A DNA stretch of 64,000 nucleotides from Octopus sinensis (lineage: Eukaryota). This document shows positions 14,590 through 26,460 of this stretch, piece after piece. The stretch is taken from assembly GCF_006345805.1 (NCBI RefSeq), contig NC_043006.1, positions 55,490,001 to 55,554,000 on the forward strand, in the 5' to 3' direction. Each line of letters opens with the position of its first letter. Position 1 is the first letter of the stretch. Below the pieces are notes generated by a model that was not told where the DNA came from, made no database searches, and was given only the letters and a program-made list of their open reading frames with translations. The position numbers and the translations under genes are program-made.

Positions 14590-14705
14590 AACATCCTTGT
14601 CATCCGGGGCTATAGTAGAAGACTCTTGTCCAAAGCATCGCGCAGTATCCGGAAGCCAGAAGCATGTGGTTAACTACATACCACACAGCCATGCGTGAGC
14701 CTGTA
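14590..14705 (-). mobile_element. tRNA-derived SINE head fragment (family A)
   Basis: Degenerate reverse copy of the SINE at 22772 (GGCTATAGTAGAAGAC...ACCACACAGCCA). Confidence 0.65.
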
Positions 14706-14829
14706 TAAATATATACGTACATAATTATATATGTATATATATTAATATATTATATATATATATATATATATACGTTTAAATATTTGTTGTGCAATATGAC
14801 TGGCAATATGACCATTCCGAAATATAACA

Positions 14830-14860
<31 letters not shown>

Positions 14861-14887
14861 ATATATATGTATGTATATATATATGTA

Positions 14888-14930
<43 letters not shown>

Positions 14931-15039
14931 AATATATATACGATAATATAAAGAAACCGAAAGACTAAGATAATTCGAGACACAGTTTTAATAATTCTGA
15001 TGCGACTCTTTATTCTTCCTATACTCTTTCGCTTTTTCT

Positions 15040-15400
15040 CTCTTTCTCCCCTTTCCTTTCTCTTATTCTTTTAACTCCTCTTCTCCCACTATACTATCCT
15101 TTTACTCTATCCTTTACCCTTTCTTTTCTCTCTTCCTTTCTCTAATTTTTTTACCCCCTCTTTTCCCACTATTATATCCTCTTACTCTTTCGTTTTCTCC
15201 CTTCCTTTCTCTTATACTTTTACCTCCTTTTCTCTCAATAATCTATCCTTTTACTCTTTCGTTTTCTCCCTTCCTTTCTCTTATTCTTTTACCCCCTATT
15301 CTCTCACTATTCTATCCTTTTACCCTTTCGTTTTCTCTCTTTCTTTTTTTTATTCTTTTACCTCGCCTTCTCCCTCTCTTTTTTCTCTCTTATCCTATCT
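15040..15400. repeat. Pyrimidine-rich minisatellite, about 69-bp unit, about 5 copies (duplicated at 16573-16870)
   Basis: TTTTACTCTTTCGTTTTCTCCCTTCCTTTCTCTTAT... recurs at about 69-bp spacing. Confidence 0.7.
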
Positions 15401-16136
15401 TCAAATCTTTTCCTTTCCCCTTCACAGTTCTCGGTCTGTCACTCTCTCTCCTTCACTCTTCCTCCTTTGCTCACATGGCTCCCACGTGACCATCGGCCAT
15501 TTTTCTTTCTTCTCCTAACTTGTGTTTCATTCTTTCTTCCTGTTGCAGCTGGACAAAGAAGGCGTATTCTTGTCTATCTCCTGTCCAAGCTTGTTTCTTC
15601 GCGATCGCCACCACACCCTCGTATAGACTTAGCAGCCCTTCCTGTTTGTTTTCACTGTCCTGTTTTTGTCACCAAATTTGACCCTCCACAAAATCCCAAA
15701 TTTTATTTAATTTGCTTTGCGGGAGCGACTGTTTTATCGAATGCGTATCTTGTCGTGAATTGCTCGAAATACGGATTAGAAAAACAGTCGACGACTGATG
15801 AAGGGTCGTTCTTTCTGTTGATTGTCTTGTTTTGTTTCGTTGTTCGTAAATAAAGTTCATATGCCATGTCCTCGTACTTCCTATTTTTGTTGTTTGCGTT
15901 TTGTGACGTCCTGTGCCCACATATGCATATGTATATACGTATACATGTCATGTAAGTATGTACGTATACGTATGTATATATGCAGTGAAGAAACGGTATG
16001 GACGATTTGTTTTGGAGTTTCGCAATACCATGTAAGCCTATGAGGATTTACTTTCCCAATGAAACTCGGTTTTATCTCAAACTCTTTCTCAAACCTGTTA
16101 TAATGTGATACATGTCTTTTGGTGTGGTAATTGTAC

Positions 16137-16229
16137 GCGACTGAAGAAGGCTTTTGATCTATCTGTTGTATCAACTATGCATTGATATAAGAATTAGTTG
16201 TTCAATAAAGCCCGAAACATATGTGCCGC
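16137..16229 (+). ncRNA. Hammerhead-like motif with long helix II (cleavage position is G)
   Basis: GCGA-CTGAAGA-AGGCTTTTGA...TCAATAAAGCCC-GAAA-C-ATAT-GT-G-CCGC; helix III palindrome ACATATGT. Confidence 0.5.
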
Positions 16230-16255
16230 AAAATCCTTTGCGTCCTGTTTTCTTT

Positions 16256-16329
<74 letters not shown>

Positions 16330-16331
<2 letters not shown>

Positions 16332-16572
16332 CAGGAGCACTCCGTCGGTTACGACGACGTGGGTCCCAGCTGATACGATCAAAGGAACAGCTTGTTCGTG
16401 AAATTAACGTGCAAGTGGCTGAGCATTCCACAGACACGTGTACCCTTAACGTAGTTCTCAGGGAGATTCAGCGTGATACAGAGTGTGACTAGGCTAGCAC
16501 TTTGAAATACAGGTACTACTCATTTTTGGCAGCTGTTGGACTGGAGCAACGTGAAATGAAGTGTCTTGCTCA
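16330..16572 (-). mobile_element. tRNA/CORE-like SINE (family B), head removed at the duplication breakpoint
   Basis: Matches 17705-17931 but stops at GTGTCTTGCTCA. Confidence 0.85.
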
Positions 16573-17704
16573 TTTTACTCTATCCTTTACCCTTTCTTTT
16601 CTCTCTTCCTTTCTCTAATTTTTTTACCCCCTCTTTTCCCACTATTATATCCTCTTACTCTTTCGTTTTCTCCCTTCCTTTCTCTTATACTTTTACCTCC
16701 TTTTCTCTCAATAATCTATCCTTTTACTCTTTCGTTTTCTCCCTTCCTTTCTCTTATTCTTTTACCCCCTATTCTCTCACTATTCTATCCTTTTACCCTT
16801 TCGTTTTCTCTCTTTCTTTTTTTTATTCTTTTACCTCGCCTTCTCCCTCTCTTTTTTCTCTCTTATCCTATCTTCAAATCTTTTCCTTTCCCCTTCACAG
16901 TTCTCGGTCTGTCACTCTCTCTCCTTCACTCTTCCTCCTTTGCTCACATGGCTCCCACGTGACCATCGGCCATTTTTCTTTCTTCTCCTAACTTGTGTTT
17001 CATTCTTTCTTCCTGTTGCAGCTGGACAAACAAGGCGTATTCTTGTCTATCTCCTGTCCAAGCTTGTTTCTTCACGATCGCCACCAAACCCCCGTATAGA
17101 CTTATCAGCCCTTCCTGTTTGTTTTCCCTGTCCTGTTTGTGTCACCAAATTTGACCCTCCACAAAATCCCAAATTTTATTTAATTTGCTTTGCGGGAGCG
17201 ACTGTTTTATCGAATGCGTATCTTGTCGTGAATTGCTCGAAATACGGATTAGAAAAACAGTCGACGACTGATGAAGGGTCGTTCTTTCTGTTGATTGTCT
17301 TGTTTTGTTTCGTTGTTCGCAAATAAAGTTCATATGCCATGTCCTCGTACTTCGTATTTTTGTTGTTTACGTTTTGTGACGTCCTGTGCCCACATATGCA
17401 TATGTATATACGTATACATGTCATGTAAGTATGTACGTATACGTATGTATATATTCAGTGAAGAAACGGTATGGACGATTTGTTTTGGAGTCTCGCAATA
17501 CCATGTAAGCCTATGAGGATTTACTTTCCCAATGAAACTCGGTTTTATCTCAAGCTCTTTCTCAAATCTGTTATAATGTGATACATGTCTTTGGTGTGGT
17601 AATTGTACGCGACTATGCATTGATATAAGAATTAGTTGTTCAATAAAGCCCGAAATATATGTACCGCAAAATCCTTTGCGTCTTGTTTTTCTTTTGATAC
17701 ATAC

Positions 17705-18010
17705 AGTTACGACGACGTGGGTCCCAGCTGATACGATCAAAGGAACAGCTTGCTCGTGAAATTAACGTGCAAGTGGCTGAGCATTTCACAGACACGTGTA
17801 CCCTTAACGTAGTTCTCAGGGAGATTCAGCGTGATACAGAGTGTGACTAGGCTAGCACTTTGAAATACAGGTACTACTCATTTTTGGCAGCTGTTGGACT
17901 GGAGCAACGTGAAATGAAGTGTCTTACTCAAATGTTATATTGTCGGGAATTGAACTCACGACCTTACGATCGTAAGCCGAATGCCCTAACCACTAAGCCA
18001 CGCGCCTTCA
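17705..18010 (-). mobile_element. tRNA/CORE-like SINE (family B)
   Basis: Minus-strand head GGCGCGTGGCTTAGTGGTTAGGGC...GAGTTCAATTCC (A and B boxes), then core AGACACTTCATTTCACGTTGCTCCAGTCC. Confidence 0.85.
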
Positions 18011-18046
18011 CACACACATATGTATATGTGTGTATGTGTATTATAC

Positions 18047-18094
<48 letters not shown>

Positions 18095-19039
18095 GCATAC
18101 ATACATATATACATACGTACATACATACATACATACATACATACATACATACATACATACATACATACATACATAAAACTTGGTCTCCTTTTACGATGTG
18201 TCAATCAAATGTGATCCAGTCACTTATGACGTGAATTGGGACGGCATCAGCAAATGGGCAATGAAATTTTGTGATAGGGGTGGCTCAAAGCATCCTTTTA
18301 ATTTCTGTTTGTGACTGCCATGTTTTTGACATCTCATTTCTATTTTTCACCGGTCATAACCCATATTGACTTTGGCGCCAAGTTTAGAACTTTCCTTTGT
18401 GAGCTTAGTTTTCCTTTTTCCAAATGTTATAATCATCAATACTTTGTACCTTCTCACCCCTTCTAATTTTGTCTCAACATTATTTCTAGAATTTTTTATT
18501 TACAGTCTTAAGCACATTAAATAGCAAGAATCAAAACGATGATGAGCGTATCCGTTCTTAACACCCTTCGGCAGGTTTGATCATGTATATCCTAATCATT
18601 GTTGTATATCGCTTTCAGAAAACAACTTCTCTATTCAGTGTGTATTTTCTTAATTTTCTTAACAAGAACCGTATTTCAAAGTTCCAAGAGTAGCTGTGAC
18701 AGAGGAGTCACAGTGAAGTCGAAACGCTAGTGTATCAAAGTGCTCTGCGTTGCTGCATCGAGTGTGCTGTCAACACATCAGCCGAAAGGTGTTCTCTAAA
18801 GGATAAATACATCACCGATTTGCATATTCATGTTGAAATCATTCGGAAAGTGTTGTATATAATTGTTTTAATTCTCGCTGATTTGTGTACTTATGGCTAT
18901 TTGTGAACCAAACTATTATTTTGGGAATATATAATTATAATATGGTTTCCCAATGTCACAGAACTCATATACGAAAAACTGTAATATATGTTAAATACAA
19001 CCATAGATTCATTACTTTGCACATATTTTCTCGGTTCAC

Positions 19040-19116
19040 TGAGTACGCTAGGTTACGGGGACGCAAACACACCAGCATCGGTTGTCAAGCGATGTTGGGG
19101 GGACAAACACAGACAT

Positions 19117-19157
<41 letters not shown>

Positions 19158-19345
19158 TATATATATATATACATATATACGATGGGCTTCTTTCAGTTTC
19201 TGTCTACCAATCGACTCACAAGGCTTTGGTCGGCCCGAGGCTATAGTAGAAGATACTTGCCCAAGGTGCCACGCAGTGGGACTAAAAACCCGGAACCATG
19301 AGGTTGGTAAGCAAGCTACTTACCACACAACCACTCCTACGCCTA
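19040..19345 (-). mobile_element. tRNA-derived SINE (family A) with internal (CA)/(TA) tract
   Basis: Reverse copy of the 22772 element. Confidence 0.8.
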
Positions 19346-20199
19346 TATGTATATAAGGAATATATATAATGCACATGCACTTATATAATGAATATAAAGA
19401 AACATAGACATAACGCGCATATATATCTATAAATATATATATATATAAAAGAACAACAGAAGTGGGATTCAATTCTCATAATATCTATTTCGGTAGCAGT
19501 TTATTGATGCATTCTTAGATTACATCATCACAAAACTCCGCCATCATTAAGTACATTTTAAACACATAAACCAGGAAGATAGGAACAGAAGATGACAAGT
19601 TCACCAACTGCCTTGGTGAAACAACTGATATTTTGAGAAAGTACAATAGAAATTATAGAGAAAGTGAGGTAGATACACGGAAGGCAACTAGATTAAATCC
19701 ATTCTATATTTCAAGTTGTTATCTTAATTAGTTCATAGTTCTGACCGTTCAGTAGGGAGCATGGTCGTATAAAAGAAAAAAAATAACAAAACAAAGCAAA
19801 GAATATACTCAAGAGCTTGGTTCAGATAAAACGCCAAATCAAGGGTTAGGGAAGTTTGAACATCTGTCATTCTTTCGACCTTAGAACAGAAGCGTACATA
19901 TAAGACTTATCCATTCGAATATAATATTTTAATATATGAATTAACACTGTACATACGCTTACATATCCTTCATCTAGGTTGTATACATACATATATGAGA
20001 ACATCAGGACATCCCCACATTCGCATGGACACCAACTCACGTACATATATAGCCGTATAGTCATATATACAAATATATAGATATCCCTACGTAGGTGTGT
20101 ATGTGTGTGTGCGTGGGTATATATATATATATATATATGTTAATAAAATAGAACATATGCATATATATAAACATATATGTACGTACCTACCTCTACATG

Positions 20200-20940
20200 T
20201 ACATATACACGCATATATGTGTACAGGACACCAAAAAGACGTCGAACACATAGAGAGACGAAAAACATAGACACAAACCAAGGAACAGGACAAGCAAAAA
20301 AGAGATACAGGACAATAAGCACAACGAAAAATCCCCTTCTTCAGTCGCTAAGGTTTCATCTACTCTACGTTTCGAAGGATAAAAGCGAGACGTATACTTC
20401 GAAGAAACCTCCTTCCTGCGAAAAGCAAATCAATTAAAATTCTGAGATCTTTTCGCAGAGGGGTAAAAAATGGTAAAAAAAAGCAAGACGGTAACGACAG
20501 TACAAACATATAAACAGTAAAAAAAATTTATATATAAACAGTTGAAAAATAAATATATAACAGTGAGAGACAGGACAAGGAGAACAAGATAAGAAGGGCT
20601 GTTTACGCCAGACGAAAAAAGTAATGCAAACGCTGGATTATAGTGGACGACGAGAGAGAAAGAATGTCGACCAGTGGCCTTAGAAGGCGGGCGAGAAAAG
20701 ACAGGATAGCAGTTACGACGGAAGTATCGTCGCAGATGGACGACGGGAATGGGGGAGGAGGAGCAAGAGGAAGAGAGAGAAGAAGGGGAATGGTGCGAGG
20801 AGACCATGAAGAATGGTGAGGGGGAGAGAGAGAATGAAGAATGAGAGAGAGAGGAAGAGACAAGTTAAGTGAGGGAAAAAGGACGAAAAAGGGAATGGGA
20901 GAGAAAGAAAGAAAGATGCAGAGTCGCGTGAGAGTTAATA
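20200..20940 (-). mobile_element. Penelope-tail-like element related to 15050-15860
   Basis: Same order on the minus strand: CT-rich tract, ATTTGCTTT.CGC.GGA, CGAAAC...CGACTGA(A/T)GAAGGG, then T-rich TTGTC.TG. Confidence 0.45.
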
Positions 20941-21216
20941 TCAAGATATATATATATATATATATACGTATAGAAATAGCAGCCAAACACGGCTAAAAAC
21001 CACAATTTTATAGCAAATTTCGAAGTAAATGAAAAATAAAAACCTTTACCTTGTTATATAACGGTTATACCATGGTTTCGAATTGGCTTCTATTTCTAGC
21101 ATGTAAAAATTACTTGTTAAAGGGTAATTTTCTATTTTGAAATACGAATATGTTGTCTATTGACTTTTTATACATGCTAGGCCACTGGTGGTGATATTTA
21201 TAACGAGTATTCGCCA

Positions 21217-21295
<79 letters not shown>

Positions 21296-21737
21296 GAGTT
21301 GTCTCCCCTTACCCACAACACAGGAACTGAAGAACCAGGACCGCAATTACTACTACTTCCTGTCCTGCAACATGGTGAATTTAACAACACAACACATCAC
21401 ATGCTCTTAATCCCTTTGGATCTTAACACCTCAAGGTAATTTTTTGGTAAACAACCATAAAACTCAAGATACACAACGAACTCACAATGTATCGGAGAAC
21501 TTATTTTTTAATTTTTGTACATTTTTATCATTATTCTTTTACAAAAACAATGCAATTTTCTTTTTTTCCCCTTTCTAATTTTTAAAATAACTTCTAAAAA
21601 AATAAATATTCTTGACAAGTCATACAATGACGAAAACCGGTTGAATAAATATATATTTATATATTTTATCATTTTCTCATTTTATTAAAATTTTCTTTCA
21701 TTTGAGCATTCTGCTTTTTTAAAAAAATTTTTCCTTA

Positions 21738-21802
<65 letters not shown>

Positions 21803-21807
21803 ATATA

Positions 21808-22492
21808 TATAAGTATATAATTATAAAATATAATTATAATTAAGGGCTCTGGAATGCCAGCGCCTTACGCTAAAAGTAGATGTCAAATACCCACAATCCA
21901 CTCTAAATTAGTTTATAACCTTAGGTCGGATGTGAGGTATTGGGCAAGAAGATTTACAAAACTTCGGATAGTCCTATATCTTAAGATTTCATGCTCTGCA
22001 ATAGAAATTACTTTACAATCTTCACTAGAAATACACCGATAAACCTATAAACAAGAAATGCATATACATACCGATAAATCTATTCGTAGATAGCAATATA
22101 TAGATGCATTTCCTGCGTATACATTCTATCTAATAGCCAATCTCGACCATGTGGTTAATGTCAGAAATGATACGGGGTAAATACCGCCCCGCAGCATAAT
22201 GTAATGACTAGAGAACTCAAATATTATATATAATTATAAATTAAGAATATAATCATTTACATGTTTATCGGTGTATTTCTAGTGAGGATTGCAAAGCAAA
22301 TCTGTATTGCAGAGCATGAAATCCTATGATATAGGATTATCCGAAATTTTGTAAATCTTCTTGCCCAGAAGGGTTATAAAGAGAGAACTTATTTAGAGGG
22401 GATTGTAGGTATTTCATATCTACTTGTAGAGTATAGGCGCTGACATTCCAGATCCCTTAATTATAATTATATTTTATTATTATATAGTTATA
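21808..22492. mobile_element. Fold-back/MITE element with about 240-bp TIRs
   Basis: 21808-22050 is the imperfect reverse complement of 22255-22492 (e.g. TGGGCAAGAAGATTTACAAAA vs TTTTGTAAATCTTCTTGCCCA; CACTAGAAATACACCGATAAAC vs GTTTATCGGTGTATTTCTAGTG); lies between (AT)n arrays. Confidence 0.85.
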
Positions 22493-22569
22493 AAATTAAT
22501 TTTACCGATATGATGACTTTTTAAACGCTAGCCGCTAATCATTTTAATGATTATATCCTTAATTTATAA

Positions 22570-23112
<543 letters not shown>

Positions 23113-23144
23113 ACTTCCGCTTTATTCTATATTAATTGCATTTC

Positions 23145-23189
23145 GGCCAGAGATCTTTCGTCACACTTCTGTGACATCATCAGAGGTCC
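23145..23189 (-). ncRNA. Minimal type I hammerhead ribozyme motif
   Basis: GGACCT-CTGATGA-T-GTCAC-agaagt-GTGAC-GAAA-GATCT-C-TGGCC: intact core, perfect 5-bp helix II, palindromic AGATCT helix III, CUC triplet; helix I is eroded. Confidence 0.65.
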
Positions 23190-23319
23190 TTTGCTTTCTT
23201 CTTTCTTTTTCGTGTGTATCTCCTTACTAACGATCTGCCATTTTGTATTCCTATTATATGTGCCTTTATTTACATATGCGTATATCCCTTTGTGTGTCTA
23301 TTTTTAGTAAGTGTGTGCG

Positions 23320-23378
<59 letters not shown>

Positions 23379-23760
23379 AAATGTGCTTGCATTATCAGTA
23401 TTCCCAGATTATACACATTCGTTTAATTTACTTTTATTTATTTTATTCATTTGTTTATATCTACTTACTTTTCTTTCTTTCTTTTCCATTAATTTAATTT
23501 ATTTTGTTTATGTATATAATAATTTAATTCCATTTATTTATCTGTGTATTGTATTATGTTCATATTATTTTCAGTTTATGGGGATCTTATTCTGTCATAG
23601 GTTGTGGTGTGCTGGGGTGTGTATGTATGCGAGTGTTCCATTCTAGCTTTCTATTCAGGCTAGGTTTGTCTTCTATTATGTGTGTAGCTTCCGTAATTTG
23701 TCTAAGCGTTGCGTCTATTCTATGTGCGGACAAGATTTTAACTTCTACGTAGATCAGCAG
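23145..23760 (-). mobile_element. 3' end of Penelope-like retroelement (GIY-YIG C-terminus, 3' UTR, hammerhead)
   Basis: Minus-strand peptide EVKILSAHRIDATLRQITEATHIIEDKPSLNRKLEW resembles the PLE GIY-YIG C-terminus (R.I.EA..I...KP.LNR). A hammerhead motif lies about 400 nt downstream. Confidence 0.7.
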
Positions 23761-23853
23761 CCTTGAGAGCCACTGCTTGGTACTGCAATAGGGCATAGCC
23801 ACTGCCTGGTACTGCATCAGGGCATTTATTATTGTTGTTGTTGTTGTTGTTGC

Positions 23854-23924
<71 letters not shown>

Positions 23925-24479
23925 TTTAGAAGGACTGTCATAACTCTTCACAAAGGTAGTCAGACATGACGAAGAGCGCGATGCGATTGCAATATTGGCT
24001 GAACGATATTTCGACAGCAAGCCTGTATTTGTCGAGTTCAAAATAAAAAGTGATAAAAATTCAAAAATTCATAAAAATTATAGAAATTCAAATCTAAAGT
24101 ATGAACAAGAGCAGCTGGCACCCACAGGTTGATTGAATACATCATCAGTCTTTAAGTTTCAATTTTATATCAGGCGAAAGGAAAAAAGACAGAAAAAAGA
24201 GAAAAGAAGAAAGAAAATGATAAAAGAAGGATATTTAATCAAACAATTTTGTATAAATCTGATGATATTCTTCTGTCATTTTCTTCATTCCTCGGGGACG
24301 TGAGGTTAATAACCTGCGGACGTATTTCTCCTCATACATGTTAAAAATTTGAAAGTGAAGCAGATTCAGAATATTTTCTGAGAATAAGCACTTTGAAGTA
24401 TTTTTCAAATTTGCAGCCGCTTGAAAAACACTTGAAAGTCCATATTCTCAGAAAATATACGCTTTCCTGGAATAGAACT

Positions 24480-25578
24480 CTATCCTCCACATCTTCTTCA
24501 AGAACTCTTCCATTTCCTCTGTTTTAGGTAGCTCCTTTACTTTTATCTTGCTTTTGCCAATTTTTCTGTAAAATGTTTTGCATCCCTCTTGAATACCTTG
24601 TTTTGTCGATAAAATTTGATTCTTTTGCCATACCTTCCGAGCCGTTGGGCTTTCACTTGTATTCGTTGTTTCATTTGTTCCCTGGTTTCAAGGAGGTTTA
24701 TAAAATCTTTAATTTTATATTTCTGCTTGATATTTCTAGATTGTTTCATCCCAGCATTTACTCTACTAGCAAGTTCATCAAGAACTGATACATCCTGCAA
24801 AAATTCGACCTCTTTTTGTATTGCTACTTTCCACTTAGAAGGTCATTTGACATGGCTGGTCCTTTTCTGTGTCGCCCTGATACCTAATTGAGCAGTTAAA
24901 ATTTGGAATAGCGGGATAGATGAGGTTATTTATGTTGTTAGGTCATTTCCATTATTTCTTACGATCTGTCTAAGGGCAATATTATATATCAGGATTATGC
25001 TATTTTTCATGCTGTTTGAGAGCTTTAGTAGCAGTTCTCTATTGAACATGTCAGTAAACTGAGTCTTGTTGAGTTCCCTCATAATATCTTCTTCTTCTAT
25101 GATCTTCTCTTTATTATTCATCTCAAATTCTGTGTCATATCTATTCTGGTGTTCTTGAGGTAGGTCTACTTTCTCCTCTTTTTCCGCATATCTGTTCTTC
25201 GCTATTCTTTCTTCAGCTTCCTCGTTGGGATGTACTGCTCGCACACTTGGTTTTGTGCATATGTTACCTATTTCATCTTCATTGTCGCTGTACTGGTCTA
25301 CCATGGGATATTTGTTTCCTGATTTGGTTAATTTCAGCGTCAGTTAACCTTTTATTCTTAATGATGTCTCTACGTACATTACTTAATTTATTTGTGTCTA
25401 TATATCTGCGTATTTCGTTGTACATTGAGGTTATTGTTTGGATTTAGTTGGGCTGTATAGAAAACTTTCAACACATCTCTATAATCTTCTCTAGTTCATT
25501 TTATGCGTTTTGCTTTAGGTGGTGTTTTTGGTGGTATCTAAGAGTATGTCCATGTTATTAATTAACCCGGAGCTGCTC
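24480..25578 (-). mobile_element. R4/Dong-like RLE LINE, 5' part, decayed
   Basis: Peptides TREDYRDVLKVFY, NKLSNVRRDIIKNKRLTDAEI and KQRIQVKAQRLGRYGKRIKFYRQNKVF are typical of the R4/Dong N-terminal region. Confidence 0.7.
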
Positions 25579-25707
25579 TTCTTCTTTTTCTTCTTCTTCT
25601 TCTTCTTCTTCTTCTTCTTCTTCTTCTTCTTCTTCTTCTTCTTCTTCTTCTTCTTCTTCTTCTTCTTCTTCTTCTTCTTCTTCTTCTTCTTCTTCTTCTT
25701 CTTCTTC
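25578..25707. repeat. (TTC)n / (GAA)n microsatellite
   Basis: Directly visible. Confidence 0.97.
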
Positions 25708-25709
25708 TA

Positions 25710-26460
25710 TATTTTTAATCTGTATGTTTGTTACAATGACTTGCCGAGACTCACCCAGCTTCCTATGGTGAATGAAAAATAAAAGATGGTTCAGAATGAC
25801 TGAAAGCTTGGAGAGTAGCATAATATCTTCATGTAATAGAAGAGAGACGTTTAACAAGATGGGTTTTTTTCTAAGGATGCTGGCAGTACTTGTCAGCACA
25901 AACTTTTGGATATCTCTGAGGCATGGTTCTCCTGGGATGTTGTTTACATGTTTCTGACACCCCTTTAGATTAGTCAGCGTGTCTGCCCCGACTGGGATGG
26001 AGTGGCCAGAATTGCCTAGTGCTGGAGTTTTTTTTCGAAACATCCCTCTATAACGTCATCTTGGATGCACGTTTGGATTTCGATTGTGTGAAGACAGTTA
26101 ACAGATGCTATTAAATACTAATTTAAATATCAGGGACTAAAATCTCAAGAATCTTAAAAATTCTTGCTGAATACAGGCTAGCACAGACTGATGTGTCTCA
26201 AGTCCCGAATCCTTCAATCTCTTAGCCTGTAGCTGGGACGATATGCTGATCGCACCAGTTACTGGAGCAACAATTTTTATCCTTGTTTTCTACAATCTTC
26301 ATCTATCTGACTTGGATGTGCTGTTTTGCAACTGTCTTTATCCACTCTACTCTGATACAGTTTCGAAACGACTTCAAGCTTTTTCCAGCCTGAGCTGATC
26401 TTTTCTTTACTTACTCCAACTTTGCTTAATATCACGAATATTTAGCTGAACAAGCCATAA
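25710..26460 (-). mobile_element. R4/Dong-like RLE LINE, 3' end
   Basis: KGCQKHVNNIPGEPCLRDIQKFVLTSTASILRK matches the C-terminal RLE tail; a short 3' UTR runs into (GAA)n. Confidence 0.7.

Larger units (their letters stand above)
15100..17931. repeat. Tandem segmental duplication, units 15100-16572 and 16573-17931
   Basis: Near-identical ORFs at offset 1473 (15467/16940, 15703/17176, 15822/17295). Unit 2 lacks a 37-bp segment and the (AT)n run. Confidence 0.95.

Noticed and set aside
15467-17326. Duplicated 128-aa ORFs
   Set aside because: TTG-started, no domain, lying across pyrimidine-rich repeat-tail sequence; conserved only because of the recent duplication.
17940-18010. tRNA genes at SINE heads (also 22772, 33350, 46219, 54154)
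   Set aside because: A/B boxes are present but there is no complete cloverleaf, and each continues into a SINE body.
18695-18740. GACAGAGGAGTCACAGTGAAGTCGAAACGC as a hammerhead
   Set aside because: Core is CAGAGGA, helix II does not pair cleanly and there is no GUH.
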